A stretch of DNA of 64,000 nucleotides from an uncultured candidate division Zixibacteria bacterium (GTDB lineage: Bacteria; Zixibacteria; MSB-5A5; UBA10806), in assembly GCA_963801605.1 (NCBI GenBank), contig CAWDFP010000006.1, forward strand, positions 288,001 through 352,000, in the 5' to 3' direction. Position numbers and translations under genes: made by a program. Positions within the stretch are counted from its first letter, which is position 1. Every line of letters starts with the position of its first letter. Of this stretch, positions 1 to 10,205 are shown in pieces. The notes below the pieces were generated by a model that saw nothing but the letters and a program-made list of their open reading frames with translations, did no database searches and had not been told where the DNA came from.

Positions 1-790
1 CCAAAAGAGGATTGTTGGTATCGAATGAATATGCTTTTTCGAATAGGCGTACGGCGGCGGAGTTCAGCGACCGTAAACGGCCATTATCCTCAACAACAAT
101 GATGGCAACCGGGGTTTTATCGAGGATTGCTTCCTGAAAACGCTGCAGGTTGAAAAGTTCGGTGTAAAGCTGGGCGTTCTGGATTGCCAGGGCGGCCTGA
201 TCGGCAAAAAGTTCGAATAAATAGAGATCGGACTGTAAGAATATATTGGCTCTCGAGGAGTTATCGAGATAGACCACTCCGATTATCTGATTCTTGATTT
301 TCAACGGAACGCACATCGCCGAGCGAATATTCATCTGGAGAACAGATTGTTTGGAGCAGAAACGGTCATCGCTTAAGGCGTCGGAGGTATAAGTTGAACG
401 GCCAGTCTTGACGACACCTTCCGCAATGGTGGTGGAAACTTTGAGATCGCTTTGATCCAGCTCCTGCTTCTTGATATTATGAGCGGTCTTAAATTGCAGC
501 TTACCGTCGGAGTCGAGCAGCATGAGAAAACCGCGTTCGGCTTTGAGAAGCTCGATTGATTTTTTCATGACAATACTTAAAATCTCATCGAGGATCAGGG
601 TTGAATTAACAGCCCGCGAGACCTCGTAGAGAACCTGAAGATCCTCGCTGCCCAGAGCATGAGCGGCACCGTGTCCACCGGTGATATCGGGGGAAATGCT
701 GGTAGTAGAGAATTTTTTTAGTTCCGAGGCGATGTTCAGTTTTTCGGTGTTATCGTAACGGACACTACCAAGTAGAATCTTGTTTGACAT
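1..790 (-). CDS. GAF + PAS domain signal-transduction protein (3' end runs off window)
   Basis: Hand translation from ATG at 790: MSNKILLG...LQVLYEVSRAVNSTLILDEILSIVMKKSIELLKAERGFLML...IRSAMCVPLKIKNQIIGVVYLDN...FADQAALAIQNAQLY (GAF), then ILDKTPVAIIVVEDNGRLRSLNSAAVRLF (PAS start); frame open to window edge. Confidence 0.85.
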   Translation of the reverse strand, partial: MSNKILLGSVRYDNTEKLNIASELKKFSTTSISPDITGGHGAAHALGSEDLQVLYEVSRAVNSTLILDEILSIVMKKSIELLKAERGFLMLLDSDGKLQFKTAHNIKKQELDQSDLKVSTTIAEGVVKTGRSTYTSDALSDDRFCSKQSVLQMNIRSAMCVPLKIKNQIIGVVYLDNSSRANIFLQSDLYLFELFADQAALAIQNAQLYTELFNLQRFQEAILDKTPVAIIVVEDNGRLRSLNSAAVRLFEKAYSFDTNNPLL

Positions 791-1053
791 AATAATCCGC
801 CATTTTATTTCGCCCAGCCTTCTTATCTTTCAGGTCCGGGCAGTTTAACTTGACGATCCCCCGATTATTGGCACTTATATCTGAGGTTCGGCAAACCCTA
901 TAGGATTTATCGGTTGAATCATCAAAGACTTAACGGCCCAAACGAGTCTTTTTATAGGAAGCGTAACAGAGGCATTAGCCTATGAAAGCCGATACAAAAC
1001 CAATTGTGTGGCAGTTTTAATGCCATTAAAGCGGGGTTATGCCAATTTGCTGT

Positions 1054-1599
1054 TTATTGGATGATCTCGGCCGATGCTATTCGGCCGTTATAAACCGGGC
1101 ATATCGCCCTTTGATGACATCTGGTGCAAGCGCGAGCTCGATAAAAGCGGCGATGAAGAAATAAAACGGCGAGATAAATCAGAAATAAGCCATGCGCTAA
1201 GAATGAAAATTTGCCCGTAACCCAAATGGGCAGCAGTCGAATTCCCAGAATAATCGGGATAAATCTTAGCGGCCAGAATAAAATGCTCCATCCATAGTAA
1301 GTTCCAAAATCGCCGTTTTCGCTTTTTGAGAAGAATCTCGCAACCCAAAATTTACCCCAGCCAAAGTTGCATCGATGGCCATAGTAGCTGCAGCGGACGC
1401 AACGAACGAGAGGGAAAATCAGGAAAAGGCAAACTATTCCATAGGCTAAAAAGGCGATTCCAAAGGAGAGACTGGCGCCAAGCGTAAAATAAAGTGCCAA
1501 TCCGGCCTCGATAATAAGGAGGAGCCAACGAATGATGGGGATTCGACGTGGGTAAGTGTCTAATCCCAATTTGTTCGAGACGTTTATGGTCTGATCCAT
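1054..1599 (-). CDS. Hypothetical membrane protein with two Cys clusters
   Basis: About 4 hydrophobic segments; CVRCSYYGHRC and CTRCHQRAIC motifs. Confidence 0.7.
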   Translation of the reverse strand: MDQTINVSNKLGLDTYPRRIPIIRWLLLIIEAGLALYFTLGASLSFGIAFLAYGIVCLFLIFPLVRCVRCSYYGHRCNFGWGKFWVARFFSKSENGDFGTYYGWSILFWPLRFIPIILGIRLLPIWVTGKFSFLAHGLFLIYLAVLFLHRRFYRARACTRCHQRAICPVYNGRIASAEIIQ

Positions 1600-1708
1600 G
1601 AGCCTAATAATATCGTCTGCGCAAAGTTAGAGCAAGTAATCTCTTGACTGGCCCCAATAAATCTGGTAACAATTGAACTGCATTATCCGTAGCTTAAGAG
1701 GGTGAGAA

Positions 1709-2974
1709 ATGAAAAGATTAACTTCGACAATCATCATAGCGCTGACCATCTACGCGGCCACGAACCCGGTCCTGGCCACAACTTTCCTAAGCACCAAAAG
1801 CCCAAGCTTTGAAGTTGACACCGTTTACAACGATGATGTTTTCATATCGGGTGCCAGAATCAAGTTTAACAGCAAAGTCATCGGCGATCTTTTCTCTCTT
1901 AGCTACGAGATGGTACAGACAGATACTGTAACCGGCAATTTCATGGCGTTGGCGTATTCGGTCCAAAATCTGGGGCCGGTTTTGGGAAGCTACCGGGTTT
2001 GTGCCAGGAATATGTCATGCAACGCCGACGTAGGACGAAATGTGCTGCTTTACGGGCAAGAGATAAATGTTGGGCCGGCTTCACATATCGGGCGCGACGC
2101 TAACCTGGCCGGGGGCAGTGTCGTATTCCAGGGCGATTGCGCCGGGAATCTATTTGTCAGCGCCCAAGCAGCGGTGATTTCGGGTAGGGTTGGTGGGAAT
2201 TTGAATTTCCAGGGTGACAGCCTGACGATCAATCCCAACACCGTTATCGAGGGAAATGTCGACTATAATTCTCCATCGAGAGCCATGATCGCTCCCGGGG
2301 CAGTAGTTAATGGCCAGGTCACCTGGAAAAAGAGTGAAACAGAAAAACCTCAGGAAAACAGGCAAGGCAATTTTTGGACGGCCCTGACCTGGATAATATC
2401 TCTCAGAGGTTATTTTATTATTTCAACTATATTTTCGGTGGTTATCATCGCCTTGAGCCTAATTCCTTTTCCGGGCTGGGTCGTGCTTATCTTTCTTTGG
2501 ATTATTCTGGCTGTTTCGGGGAATGTTTTAATTCTTCTAACTAAATCGAAGGCGATAGCAACCGAGAAAATACTCGAATCTCGTCTATTCCCCAGTATGG
2601 GGCTTGGATTTATAATCTTTTTCATTACCCCTGTCGTGGCAATGATACTATTTTTTACAATCCTGGCGGCTCCCCTGGCGCCGCTTCTTTTGATGCTCTT
2701 TGGGATAGCTGCATTTGCCGGCGCTATTTTTAGCAGCCTGTTTGTGGGCCGAAGCATTTGCGGGTTATTTGGGCAGGGAGCAGCCAATACTCCCGGTTAC
2801 CTTTGTTATACGATCGGCATGACGATTATTGTAGCTTTATCATTTATTCCAATAGCCGGTTATATCCTGGTGCTAATGGCAGTGATGGCGGGCCTGGGCG
2901 GGCTGGTACAAACGTATCAAAAAACCAAAGTTGAGCCAGGTATAACATTAGATAATGCCTCTTCGTCGGTGTAG
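1709..2974 (+). CDS. Exported beta-helix (bactofilin/polymer-forming-like repeat) protein with C-terminal multi-pass membrane domain
   Basis: Signal peptide, repeated (V/I)xG(D/N)(L/V) motifs, then about 6 TM helices; GAG-rich RBS upstream. Confidence 0.75.
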   Translation: MKRLTSTIIIALTIYAATNPVLATTFLSTKSPSFEVDTVYNDDVFISGARIKFNSKVIGDLFSLSYEMVQTDTVTGNFMALAYSVQNLGPVLGSYRVCARNMSCNADVGRNVLLYGQEINVGPASHIGRDANLAGGSVVFQGDCAGNLFVSAQAAVISGRVGGNLNFQGDSLTINPNTVIEGNVDYNSPSRAMIAPGAVVNGQVTWKKSETEKPQENRQGNFWTALTWIISLRGYFIISTIFSVVIIALSLIPFPGWVVLIFLWIILAVSGNVLILLTKSKAIATEKILESRLFPSMGLGFIIFFITPVVAMILFFTILAAPLAPLLLMLFGIAAFAGAIFSSLFVGRSICGLFGQGAANTPGYLCYTIGMTIIVALSFIPIAGYILVLMAVMAGLGGLVQTYQKTKVEPGITLDNASSSV

Positions 2975-3106
2975 AATAATTTTAACGGTTTGTCCAGTAG
3001 CATCAGTATGGAGACGCGCAAAGTATGTTCCGCTTGCCACCTTATTCGGCTAATTAATCTATTTATACTATAGGGCCTTTCTCCGATTTGTCAACATTAT
3101 TATAGA

Positions 3107-3139
3107 TAAAAAAAGCCCCGATCTATTAAGACCGGGGCT
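3107..3139 (-). terminator. Intrinsic terminator
   Basis: AGCCCCG...CGGGGCT stem followed by a T-run on the minus strand, just downstream of 3157-3366. Confidence 0.6.
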
Positions 3140-3156
3140 CGAAAATTAAATTTTAC

Positions 3157-3366
3157 CTAAAATCGTTTATCTCTGGGGAAATCCAACATAAAATTAGCCG
3201 CGCAATCGCGACATCCCCAAACCGCCTGGTTGCCATCAAACCATCTCAGGCCTATTTCATAGGAGCCGCATCGCGGGCAATACAGCCGTGGATAAGTTGT
3301 CTCCAGCATCGCGCCGGAATCGGGATAGTATCCCAGATTTACCTCTTTCTCAATTATGGCTTTCAT
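3157..3366 (-). CDS. Small zinc-ribbon protein
   Basis: CPRC...CRDC pairs; AGGGG RBS upstream; terminator downstream. Confidence 0.6.
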   Translation of the reverse strand: MKAIIEKEVNLGYYPDSGAMLETTYPRLYCPRCGSYEIGLRWFDGNQAVWGCRDCAANFMLDFPRDKRF

Positions 3367-3516
3367 AAACCCCCTTTGATTTCAGGTTCTTCTCTTATTA
3401 CCGCCTTATACAAATTGAAGTTCCAAATTTTCGGAAGATGTGCAAAAAAGAGACAAAAATTTCAAATTATAAAGAACTCGGATATGACTATAATAATCCC
3501 TTATTAAAATCAGGGC

Positions 3517-4563
3517 TTAATTCCAGGTTCTAAAAAGCAGGCTTTCCGACGAAAAGCCCGGCCCGAGCGCACTGAAAAGACCATAGGCTCCAGGCTTATA
3601 ATCGGTGCCAAGAAAGCGCTCTAATATATATAGGATAGTCACCGATGACATATTGCCATGATCGCGAAGCACTTGCTCTGATATTGCCAACCCATCCGAT
3701 CCCAGTCCAAGAGCCTCACGGTAAGCGTCGATAACTTTAGCCCCTCCGGGATGAAACAAGTGATAACTAATATCTTCAAGACCCAAATTAAATTTCGAAA
3801 TAAAATTGGTTATATTTGCGCGGGTATATTTGCTCACAATCGATGGAATGGCGCGGGCGAAAACCACTTGCAGACCTTGATTCAGAACATTCCAACCCAT
3901 AACATCAAGCGAATCGGGCCAGAGGGTGCTTTGGCGGGCGATAATTTCGGGGCCGCCTTCGGCTCCGTCGAGGAGGACAGCGGCAGCGCCATCGCCGAAG
4001 AGTGCGGTTGCCACAAGATTGCTTTTCCCAAGATCGTCAAACTGGAAAGTCAGGCTGCATAGTTCGACCGCAATTAGAAGCACTCGCGCTTGCGGATAAG
4101 CCTTAAGATAATCGAATGCCATAGATAACCCCATGGCGCCCCCGGCACATCCCAAACCCCAAACCGGAACACGGGAGATATCGGTCCTCAGCCCCAACAG
4201 GTTTATAAGACGAGCATCGATAGACGGTGTAGCCAGGCCGGTGGTGGAGACAAAGATAAGATGATCAACATCATTAGGGGAGAGAGAGGCGTTAGCCAGA
4301 CATTTTCGCGCCGCTTCTTCTCCCAGACGGCAAGCCCAATCGATATAGGTTTTATTTTTTTCCTCGAAATTATGTGGCTCGAAAAACCAGGTTTTAGGGA
4401 CACAGAACTGCCGAGTTTTAACACGGGAACTGGTATATACTCCCAGAAGCCTATCAATGTCGTGGAATTTAGAGGAAAAATGATGATGGGCAAATTCTAC
4501 GGCTTCGCTTTGATCGATCGGATATGGCGGTTTAGCAATGGCGGCGGCAACTATTCTGGCCAT
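3517..4563 (-). CDS. Type III polyketide synthase (chalcone synthase-like, BpsA/SrsA-type)
   Basis: Catalytic triad contexts GLGCAGG, FHPGG, HGNMSS; ELCSL, ALFGDGAAA and GPGF motifs. Confidence 0.92.
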   Translation of the reverse strand: MARIVAAAIAKPPYPIDQSEAVEFAHHHFSSKFHDIDRLLGVYTSSRVKTRQFCVPKTWFFEPHNFEEKNKTYIDWACRLGEEAARKCLANASLSPNDVDHLIFVSTTGLATPSIDARLINLLGLRTDISRVPVWGLGCAGGAMGLSMAFDYLKAYPQARVLLIAVELCSLTFQFDDLGKSNLVATALFGDGAAAVLLDGAEGGPEIIARQSTLWPDSLDVMGWNVLNQGLQVVFARAIPSIVSKYTRANITNFISKFNLGLEDISYHLFHPGGAKVIDAYREALGLGSDGLAISEQVLRDHGNMSSVTILYILERFLGTDYKPGAYGLFSALGPGFSSESLLFRTWN

Positions 4564-4882
4564 TAATGAGTCCCCCCTTAATTTTGGATTATGTCCTGAA
4601 TCAAGTTAGATAATAAAGATAAAAAAAGGAAGTCGTCAAGAGTAAATTGCACTTATGGACAATTTCGATAATAAAATGTTTATTCCAATACTATTTCAAT
4701 AGCGTCGCTCGAATTGTAGCGATGCGATCGCCGCATTCAAATCTAAAAAAATAAACGCCCGAGGCGGCCGGAGCTCCGGAGTCGTCCCCTAGGAGCGAAC
4801 AAATTGGAGCGCTTCTGCCGAGATTATCAACTACGTAAATTTGTTGACCGGAGCGATTCATTTGTCATATCTTGAATCCATC

Positions 4883-7800
4883 ATGCAACTTTCCTCAGCC
4901 CAAAGGGATGCAGTCGAATACTTAAGCGGCCCCCAGATAATTTTGGCAGGCGCCGGTTCGGGCAAGACGCGCGTAATCGTCGCTAAAGCCCAGTATCTGA
5001 TCGAGCAAAAAGGTTACGCTCCCGATTCTATCTATGTCATAACCTATTCCAATAAAACGCAGACTGAACTTGAAGAGCGGATGGCAGCCCTTGGCGATCA
5101 GGCTCCAATCATTAAGACTTTCCACTCATTCGGCATGGACCTGATTGGTGAGTTCGGGCATTATCTCAAACTGCCCGGCGAGATTGTCAAGGCCAGCGAG
5201 CATCGTCTCTGGCAATATCTCAAACGCGCCATAGGAGAGTTGACCGAATCAGATCTTCTTGATACCAACCAATCGATGAAAGTATATCTCGATCTCAAGC
5301 AGTTTATCAGCCGTGCCAAAGATGAATTGGTCAAGCCCGAGGAGATAATCGCCAGGGCCGAAAAAGAGCTGGCGGCAATCCCGGCTGGAGTTGAAACCGA
5401 TGATGTTATCCTGCAGCGCGCCAAGTGGAGCAAGGTCCTGGAGGCGGGGAAGATATTCCAATCGTATGAGCGGATAAAATCTGAGCAAAGCACTTCATCG
5501 AACGGCATCGGCGGGATCGACTATGGCGATATGATCGTTCTGACGCATCGGCTCTTATCATCGGAGAAGGTGGTGGGGGCGTCAATCCGCAAACGCTGCC
5601 GTTATATCTTAGTTGATGAGTTTCAGGATGCCAATTTCGCGCAAGTGGAAATTCTACGACTGGTAGCGTCAAACGATTGCGGCGTTACAGTAGTTGGTGA
5701 CGACGACCAGGCGATCTACCGTTTCAGAGGGGCCAGTTTCGCATCATTTAGATTATTCCAGAAGCTTTTCCCGGGGTGGAAAATATTCCGGCTTGAGGAG
5801 AACTACCGCTCGCAGGCCAATATCGTGCATGCGGCGCAAGCCTTGATTGAGCTCGATCCGGCAGCGCGGTTTGATCCCGGCAAGAAAATGACCGCTTTCA
5901 AGCCGGAGGCCGCCAAAGTCATAGTGCGAAAGTGCCCTGATGAATATAGCGAGGCCTTATCCGTGGCCGAGGAGATTGAACGACTCCTGGTCAAAGAGGA
6001 GTTTCAGAAACCGTCGTCAATTGCGGTGCTGGTTCGGGCCCGACGACACAAAGATGTGCTCGCTAAAATACTGGAACGGAAGGGTATTGATTATTTCTAT
6101 GATCGAAGCAGCGCGGAACTAACAAAAAAATCCGCTAAACTCCTATTATTACTATACGAATTTACAGTCGATGATTCGCGGGCCAATCTTTTGCCAACAT
6201 TAATAAATCATTTCGTACCCAACCTTAAGCCTGAGCTCGAACGTGAAATAAACTATCGGCTTTCGCGCCAAAGCACGTCACCCCTGCCGGTATTGACCGC
6301 ATTTATCGCTGAACAGGGCGAGTCCGCTCCGGTCGGGCTTAAAACGATGATTGAACTTCTCGAGCGGCTCAAATTGCTTTCGGTGGAAACGACGCCGTTA
6401 CAGCTTTTGGAAAAGATTATCATTGAAACGGGGATTTTAAAAAATATCGTCATAGAGGGCAAACCAACTGATAATGAGGCCATGCAGGAGATATCCGGCA
6501 TACTCAAAGATGCTGAGAAATTTTTATCGGAATATTCGGACGGATCACATGCTGCCTTTTTAGATTACTTCGATTGGCAAACATCAGGCGGCGAAAACGA
6601 TGGGGAATCTGAAACGAAATCACCGATAATACTGCAGACGGTACACGGGTCAAAAGGCCTGGAGTATCCCGTGGTTTTTATGATCGGCCTCTCGAATCGA
6701 CGCTTTCCGCCTCAAAAACAGAATTCGCTTCTGGAGTTTCCGTCGGAGTTATATAAGGAGGATCTGCCTCCCGGCGATTACCGTATCCAGGAGGAACGCC
6801 GTTTATTTTATGTCGGGATGACTCGCGCCAGGGAAATTCTTTATCTCTATGGAGTTGAAAAAAAAGGCACCAAGATATCGCAGTTTATAGCGGAGCTTTC
6901 TAAATCGTCAGCTTTTATAATCTCGAGCGAATGCGAAACGTTGGGGCAGACCTCGCCTGAAATAATCGAAGGCGTTGGCGCGCGCCAGTTAACAACAGAT
7001 CCTGATTCAGTGATCATCATTCCCTCGAAAAGACCAATTGATAATGCCATTTCCGAAAGCCTTTTTGAGCTTTGGAAAAAGCAGAGTTTCGCTGTCAAAA
7101 ACGAAGAGGACTTTGAGAATCGCAAGGCCGAGTTTACCCAAATGATCGAAAGCGGGCTGGCCAACATTAAAGAAATTATTCATAACGATATCTTTAATCC
7201 ACCGCCTCCTCAACAGCACTATACCGTAGGAAGTATATCGTACACTGATATTTCGGCGTTCCAGGATTGCCCGCTCAAATTCTACTATCGCAAGGTGCTT
7301 TGCCTGCCGGCGCCATCAGGGCCTCAGCAAAGCCTGGGATCTGTGATTCATGGCATTCTCGAGGAAGCCGGAAAGAAGATGATGAAGGGCGAAAAGCCAT
7401 CCCTTGAATCTCTGGTAGCCTCGTTTGAAACCCGTTGGCGAAGAGCGCTTCTAAATGATCCCGATCAAAAGGAACGATTAAGGACGAGGGGACATAATCT
7501 TCTGGAGCGTTTTTTAAAGATGCAAGATGAGCGAACCGGTATACCAATAGCTACGGAGCTTATTTTTAAATTCAGTATCAGCGATCCGGGAAAACCGCCC
7601 AAGCTCACCGGCCGAATAGACCGCGTGGATAAAACCGATGGGGGACTTGAGATCGTCGATTATAAAACGGGCAAAAGCACATCGACGGATTTCAAATCCG
7701 ATCTGCAGCTTCCGATTTACGCCCTGGCCTGTTTCGATCTTTTCAAGGAATACCCTCGTAGGCTAACCTATATGTTCCTTGGAGATGAGATCTGCCATGA

Positions 7801-7954
7801 CGCCGTCTATGACCCCAAGTCTCTGGAAGAAATAAAGGCGCAAATAGTTGCAACGATCGACGAGATAAATAAATCCGATTTTATCGCTACGCCCGGACGT
7901 ATTTGCGAAAATTGTGATTACAAAAGGATTTGTCCGGCCAGGCAAGAGGGATAG
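4883..7954 (+). CDS. UvrD/REP-family helicase fused to C-terminal PD-(D/E)XK (RecB/Cas4-like) nuclease
   Basis: AGAGSGKT, LVDEFQD, VGDDDQAIYRFRGA, TVHGSKGLEY, EERRLFYVGMTRA; nuclease GRIDRVD...VDYKTG...QLPIY; Cys motif DCP...CENCDYKRIC. ATG at 4883 preferred over TTG at 4841. Confidence 0.92.
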   Translation: MQLSSAQRDAVEYLSGPQIILAGAGSGKTRVIVAKAQYLIEQKGYAPDSIYVITYSNKTQTELEERMAALGDQAPIIKTFHSFGMDLIGEFGHYLKLPGEIVKASEHRLWQYLKRAIGELTESDLLDTNQSMKVYLDLKQFISRAKDELVKPEEIIARAEKELAAIPAGVETDDVILQRAKWSKVLEAGKIFQSYERIKSEQSTSSNGIGGIDYGDMIVLTHRLLSSEKVVGASIRKRCRYILVDEFQDANFAQVEILRLVASNDCGVTVVGDDDQAIYRFRGASFASFRLFQKLFPGWKIFRLEENYRSQANIVHAAQALIELDPAARFDPGKKMTAFKPEAAKVIVRKCPDEYSEALSVAEEIERLLVKEEFQKPSSIAVLVRARRHKDVLAKILERKGIDYFYDRSSAELTKKSAKLLLLLYEFTVDDSRANLLPTLINHFVPNLKPELEREINYRLSRQSTSPLPVLTAFIAEQGESAPVGLKTMIELLERLKLLSVETTPLQLLEKIIIETGILKNIVIEGKPTDNEAMQEISGILKDAEKFLSEYSDGSHAAFLDYFDWQTSGGENDGESETKSPIILQTVHGSKGLEYPVVFMIGLSNRRFPPQKQNSLLEFPSELYKEDLPPGDYRIQEERRLFYVGMTRAREILYLYGVEKKGTKISQFIAELSKSSAFIISSECETLGQTSPEIIEGVGARQLTTDPDSVIIIPSKRPIDNAISESLFELWKKQSFAVKNEEDFENRKAEFTQMIESGLANIKEIIHNDIFNPPPPQQHYTVGSISYTDISAFQDCPLKFYYRKVLCLPAPSGPQQSLGSVIHGILEEAGKKMMKGEKPSLESLVASFETRWRRALLNDPDQKERLRTRGHNLLERFLKMQDERTGIPIATELIFKFSISDPGKPPKLTGRIDRVDKTDGGLEIVDYKTGKSTSTDFKSDLQLPIYALACFDLFKEYPRRLTYMFLGDEICHDAVYDPKSLEEIKAQIVATIDEINKSDFIATPGRICENCDYKRICPARQEG

Positions 7955-7986
7955 GGAATAATCCTTCATCGGAAATTCGAATAATG

Positions 7987-8014
7987 TTGACGGCCCTCTT
8001 ATGCGATGTATATT
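7987..8014 (+). promoter_or_regulatory. Putative sigma70 promoter
   Basis: TTGACG-16 nt-TATATT upstream of the lipoprotein gene. Confidence 0.35.
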
Positions 8015-8107
8015 AATTATAGGGCGTCGATTTTCATATAACTTTATATTGAATAATGTTTTTTCAACTGATAGATAGATTGGTAAACGGGAAAGAACAT
8101 CATCGGA

Positions 8108-9403
8108 GTGATGATTATGGGCAAGAAACTTCTGATCTTTTCGGCGATTGCGCTGACGATATCGGCGTGCAACAACCTTAAGCCATCAGAGGGCATAAAG
8201 AATGACCCTCCTGACGCTCCATCAAACCCCAATCCGGGGGATGGGGCTGTCAATCAAGAGATTCATATCAATATGACCTGGGGATGGAACGATGTGGATG
8301 GTGACACCCTGACCTTTAACCTTTATTTTGGCTCTGAGGCAAACCCTCCACTCAAGGTATCTAATCTCGGTACAAGCGGGTATTCTCCGGAAAGCCTGGA
8401 GTATGATCACACTTATTACTGGAAAGTGGTGGCGGACGATGGACACGGACATCAAACCGGCAGCCCGATATGGCATTTTGCCACTCGCGCCTTAAGATCA
8501 TTTAATATCCTGGGGCAATATGCTGACGCCTCGCAAGGGCCATATTACGATCTTACAGGTAATATTCAATCCACATACCTATACGTGACAAACAGACATT
8601 CCTCGGGAACGAGAGACTCATCGTTGATACTTGATTTCTCTGATCCGAACGACATAAGCGTAGCCGGATATATAAGGGGAGCGCTGTTTGGCAATCAATT
8701 CGGGCCAGGTTATATCTATAGTGTAGGACGGCTCGACAGTGGATTCAAATTGAGAGCTTTTTCTCTGGGAGACGCTACTCATCCGAACGAGGAATTCAGA
8801 TTCGATGTCGCCAACATTCAGGACCTGGTGGTGGCTAATGATTATGTTTATTTATATATGAATGGTCATGACGCCGGTCTGCCCAACGGCGTGATTACAG
8901 TTGACAACATGGTGCCGGTTGACACTTTAATCACCGAGTCAACTACCTGGGGACGTTTGAGAGCTTTTGGGACTCTGTTGTTAATTCCGGAGATTGGGGG
9001 AATTGAAATTGTTGATATCAGCGATCCGATTAATCTGCAGATTAGGGCTATGGCTCCCACGCCCGGGGAATGCCGCGATGCCGCCATTTCGGGTACTACA
9101 TTGTATATCGCCTTACACAGCGTTGGTATTGCAATCGCGGATATTTCAGCTCTGCCGTCAGCCGTACCGCTGGGGACAATACCGTCAGTAAATAATTCAT
9201 CAGACATTCTGCTGGTTTCACAAGGGGTACTCTATGTGGCGGATAACAACCTCTTGATTGCCTACAATATCTCTATCCCCGGCAATCCGTTCGAACTTAG
9301 CCAGATACCAGGCCCCAGCGCGAATAACGTCTTTGAATTATTTGCAAAGCCTGCTCATTACATATACCGATTCGATAAATATCAGTGGAATTCAGGGGCT
9401 TGA
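8108..9403 (+). CDS. Lipoprotein with Fn3/Ig-like domain and LVIVD-type beta-propeller repeats
   Basis: Lipobox (LIFSAIALTISA-C); PSNPNPGDGA...YYWKVVADDG...W domain; GGIEIVDISDP and GIAIADIS repeats. The C-terminus may be frameshifted. Confidence 0.75.
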   Translation: MMIMGKKLLIFSAIALTISACNNLKPSEGIKNDPPDAPSNPNPGDGAVNQEIHINMTWGWNDVDGDTLTFNLYFGSEANPPLKVSNLGTSGYSPESLEYDHTYYWKVVADDGHGHQTGSPIWHFATRALRSFNILGQYADASQGPYYDLTGNIQSTYLYVTNRHSSGTRDSSLILDFSDPNDISVAGYIRGALFGNQFGPGYIYSVGRLDSGFKLRAFSLGDATHPNEEFRFDVANIQDLVVANDYVYLYMNGHDAGLPNGVITVDNMVPVDTLITESTTWGRLRAFGTLLLIPEIGGIEIVDISDPINLQIRAMAPTPGECRDAAISGTTLYIALHSVGIAIADISALPSAVPLGTIPSVNNSSDILLVSQGVLYVADNNLLIAYNISIPGNPFELSQIPGPSANNVFELFAKPAHYIYRFDKYQWNSGA

Positions 9404-9464
9404 AATTCAGCCTTAGAATCCGCGAGAACAGATTTTTTCTATCCTGGAAATTTAACAAAATAAT

Positions 9465-9493
9465 AAACCGGGGATCTATCGGGTCCCCGGTTT
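9465..9493. terminator. Bidirectional terminator hairpin between convergent genes
   Basis: AAACCGGGGA...TCCCCGGTTT inverted repeat. Confidence 0.6.
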
Positions 9494-9513
9494 CAATTAA
9501 CTCGAAATTATGA

Positions 9514-10164
9514 TTATTCCCTGATTCGTTCGATGTCGCTGAATTTACCGATAACCACCATTATATCGGTATCTTTAAATATAGTATCGGGTGGGGGGAT
9601 AAACTTAAAATTATCCTGCAACACATCCTTGATGGCGATAAGTTCAACATGGTACTTCTGACGAATCTGCAGCGACGCGATTGTCTTACCGTGGAAATGC
9701 ATCGGAGGAGCGATCTCGGCTACGGTGTAATCCTCGCCTAAAGGAATGAAATCCAGGAGATTGGGACGGGACAGGGAACGGGCCAGTTTTTTAGCCATTT
9801 CCTCCTCTGGAAAAACCACCCGATCTCCGCCCACGGCAAGCAGAATACGCCCATGATCGGGATCCTCGGCTTTGATAATAATATCGCGGCATTTAAGCTC
9901 TCTCAGATGCAATGCGATCAGGATCGAGGCGTGCTGATCAGCGCCGGTAGAGATAACAGCGGCGTCATAACTTGGAATATCAAGCTGTTTCAGAACTTCA
10001 ATATCGGTGGCGTCAGCCAACAGGGCTTGATTGGAATAGCTTTGAATATATTGCACCCGCGCTTTGGATTTATCGATTGCCGTAATATTATGGCCCTCGC
10101 TAAAAAGCGTTTTGGCCACACCTATTCCGAAATTCCCAAGTCCGATCACAAGAAAATGTTTCAA
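9514..10164 (-). CDS. ktrA: Ktr/Trk potassium uptake regulatory subunit (RCK_N + RCK_C)
   Basis: VIGLGNFG Rossmann motif, IIIKA...VVFPE, C-terminal RCK_C; adjacent to ktrB. Confidence 0.9.
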   Translation of the reverse strand: MKHFLVIGLGNFGIGVAKTLFSEGHNITAIDKSKARVQYIQSYSNQALLADATDIEVLKQLDIPSYDAAVISTGADQHASILIALHLRELKCRDIIIKAEDPDHGRILLAVGGDRVVFPEEEMAKKLARSLSRPNLLDFIPLGEDYTVAEIAPPMHFHGKTIASLQIRQKYHVELIAIKDVLQDNFKFIPPPDTIFKDTDIMVVIGKFSDIERIRE

Positions 10165-10205
10165 GTTTCACCTCACCTCTAAACGCATCCCAAACTTCGG
10201 GACAC

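Noticed and set aside
1054..1599. CTRCH as a heme c site
   Set aside because: Part of a CxxCxxxxxC cluster in a basic, probably cytoplasmic tail with no signal peptide; more likely Zn or Fe-S binding
7240..7954. Cas4-like nuclease suggesting a CRISPR-Cas locus
   Set aside because: It is the C-terminal domain of a UvrD helicase; no cas1/cas2 and no repeat-spacer array in the window
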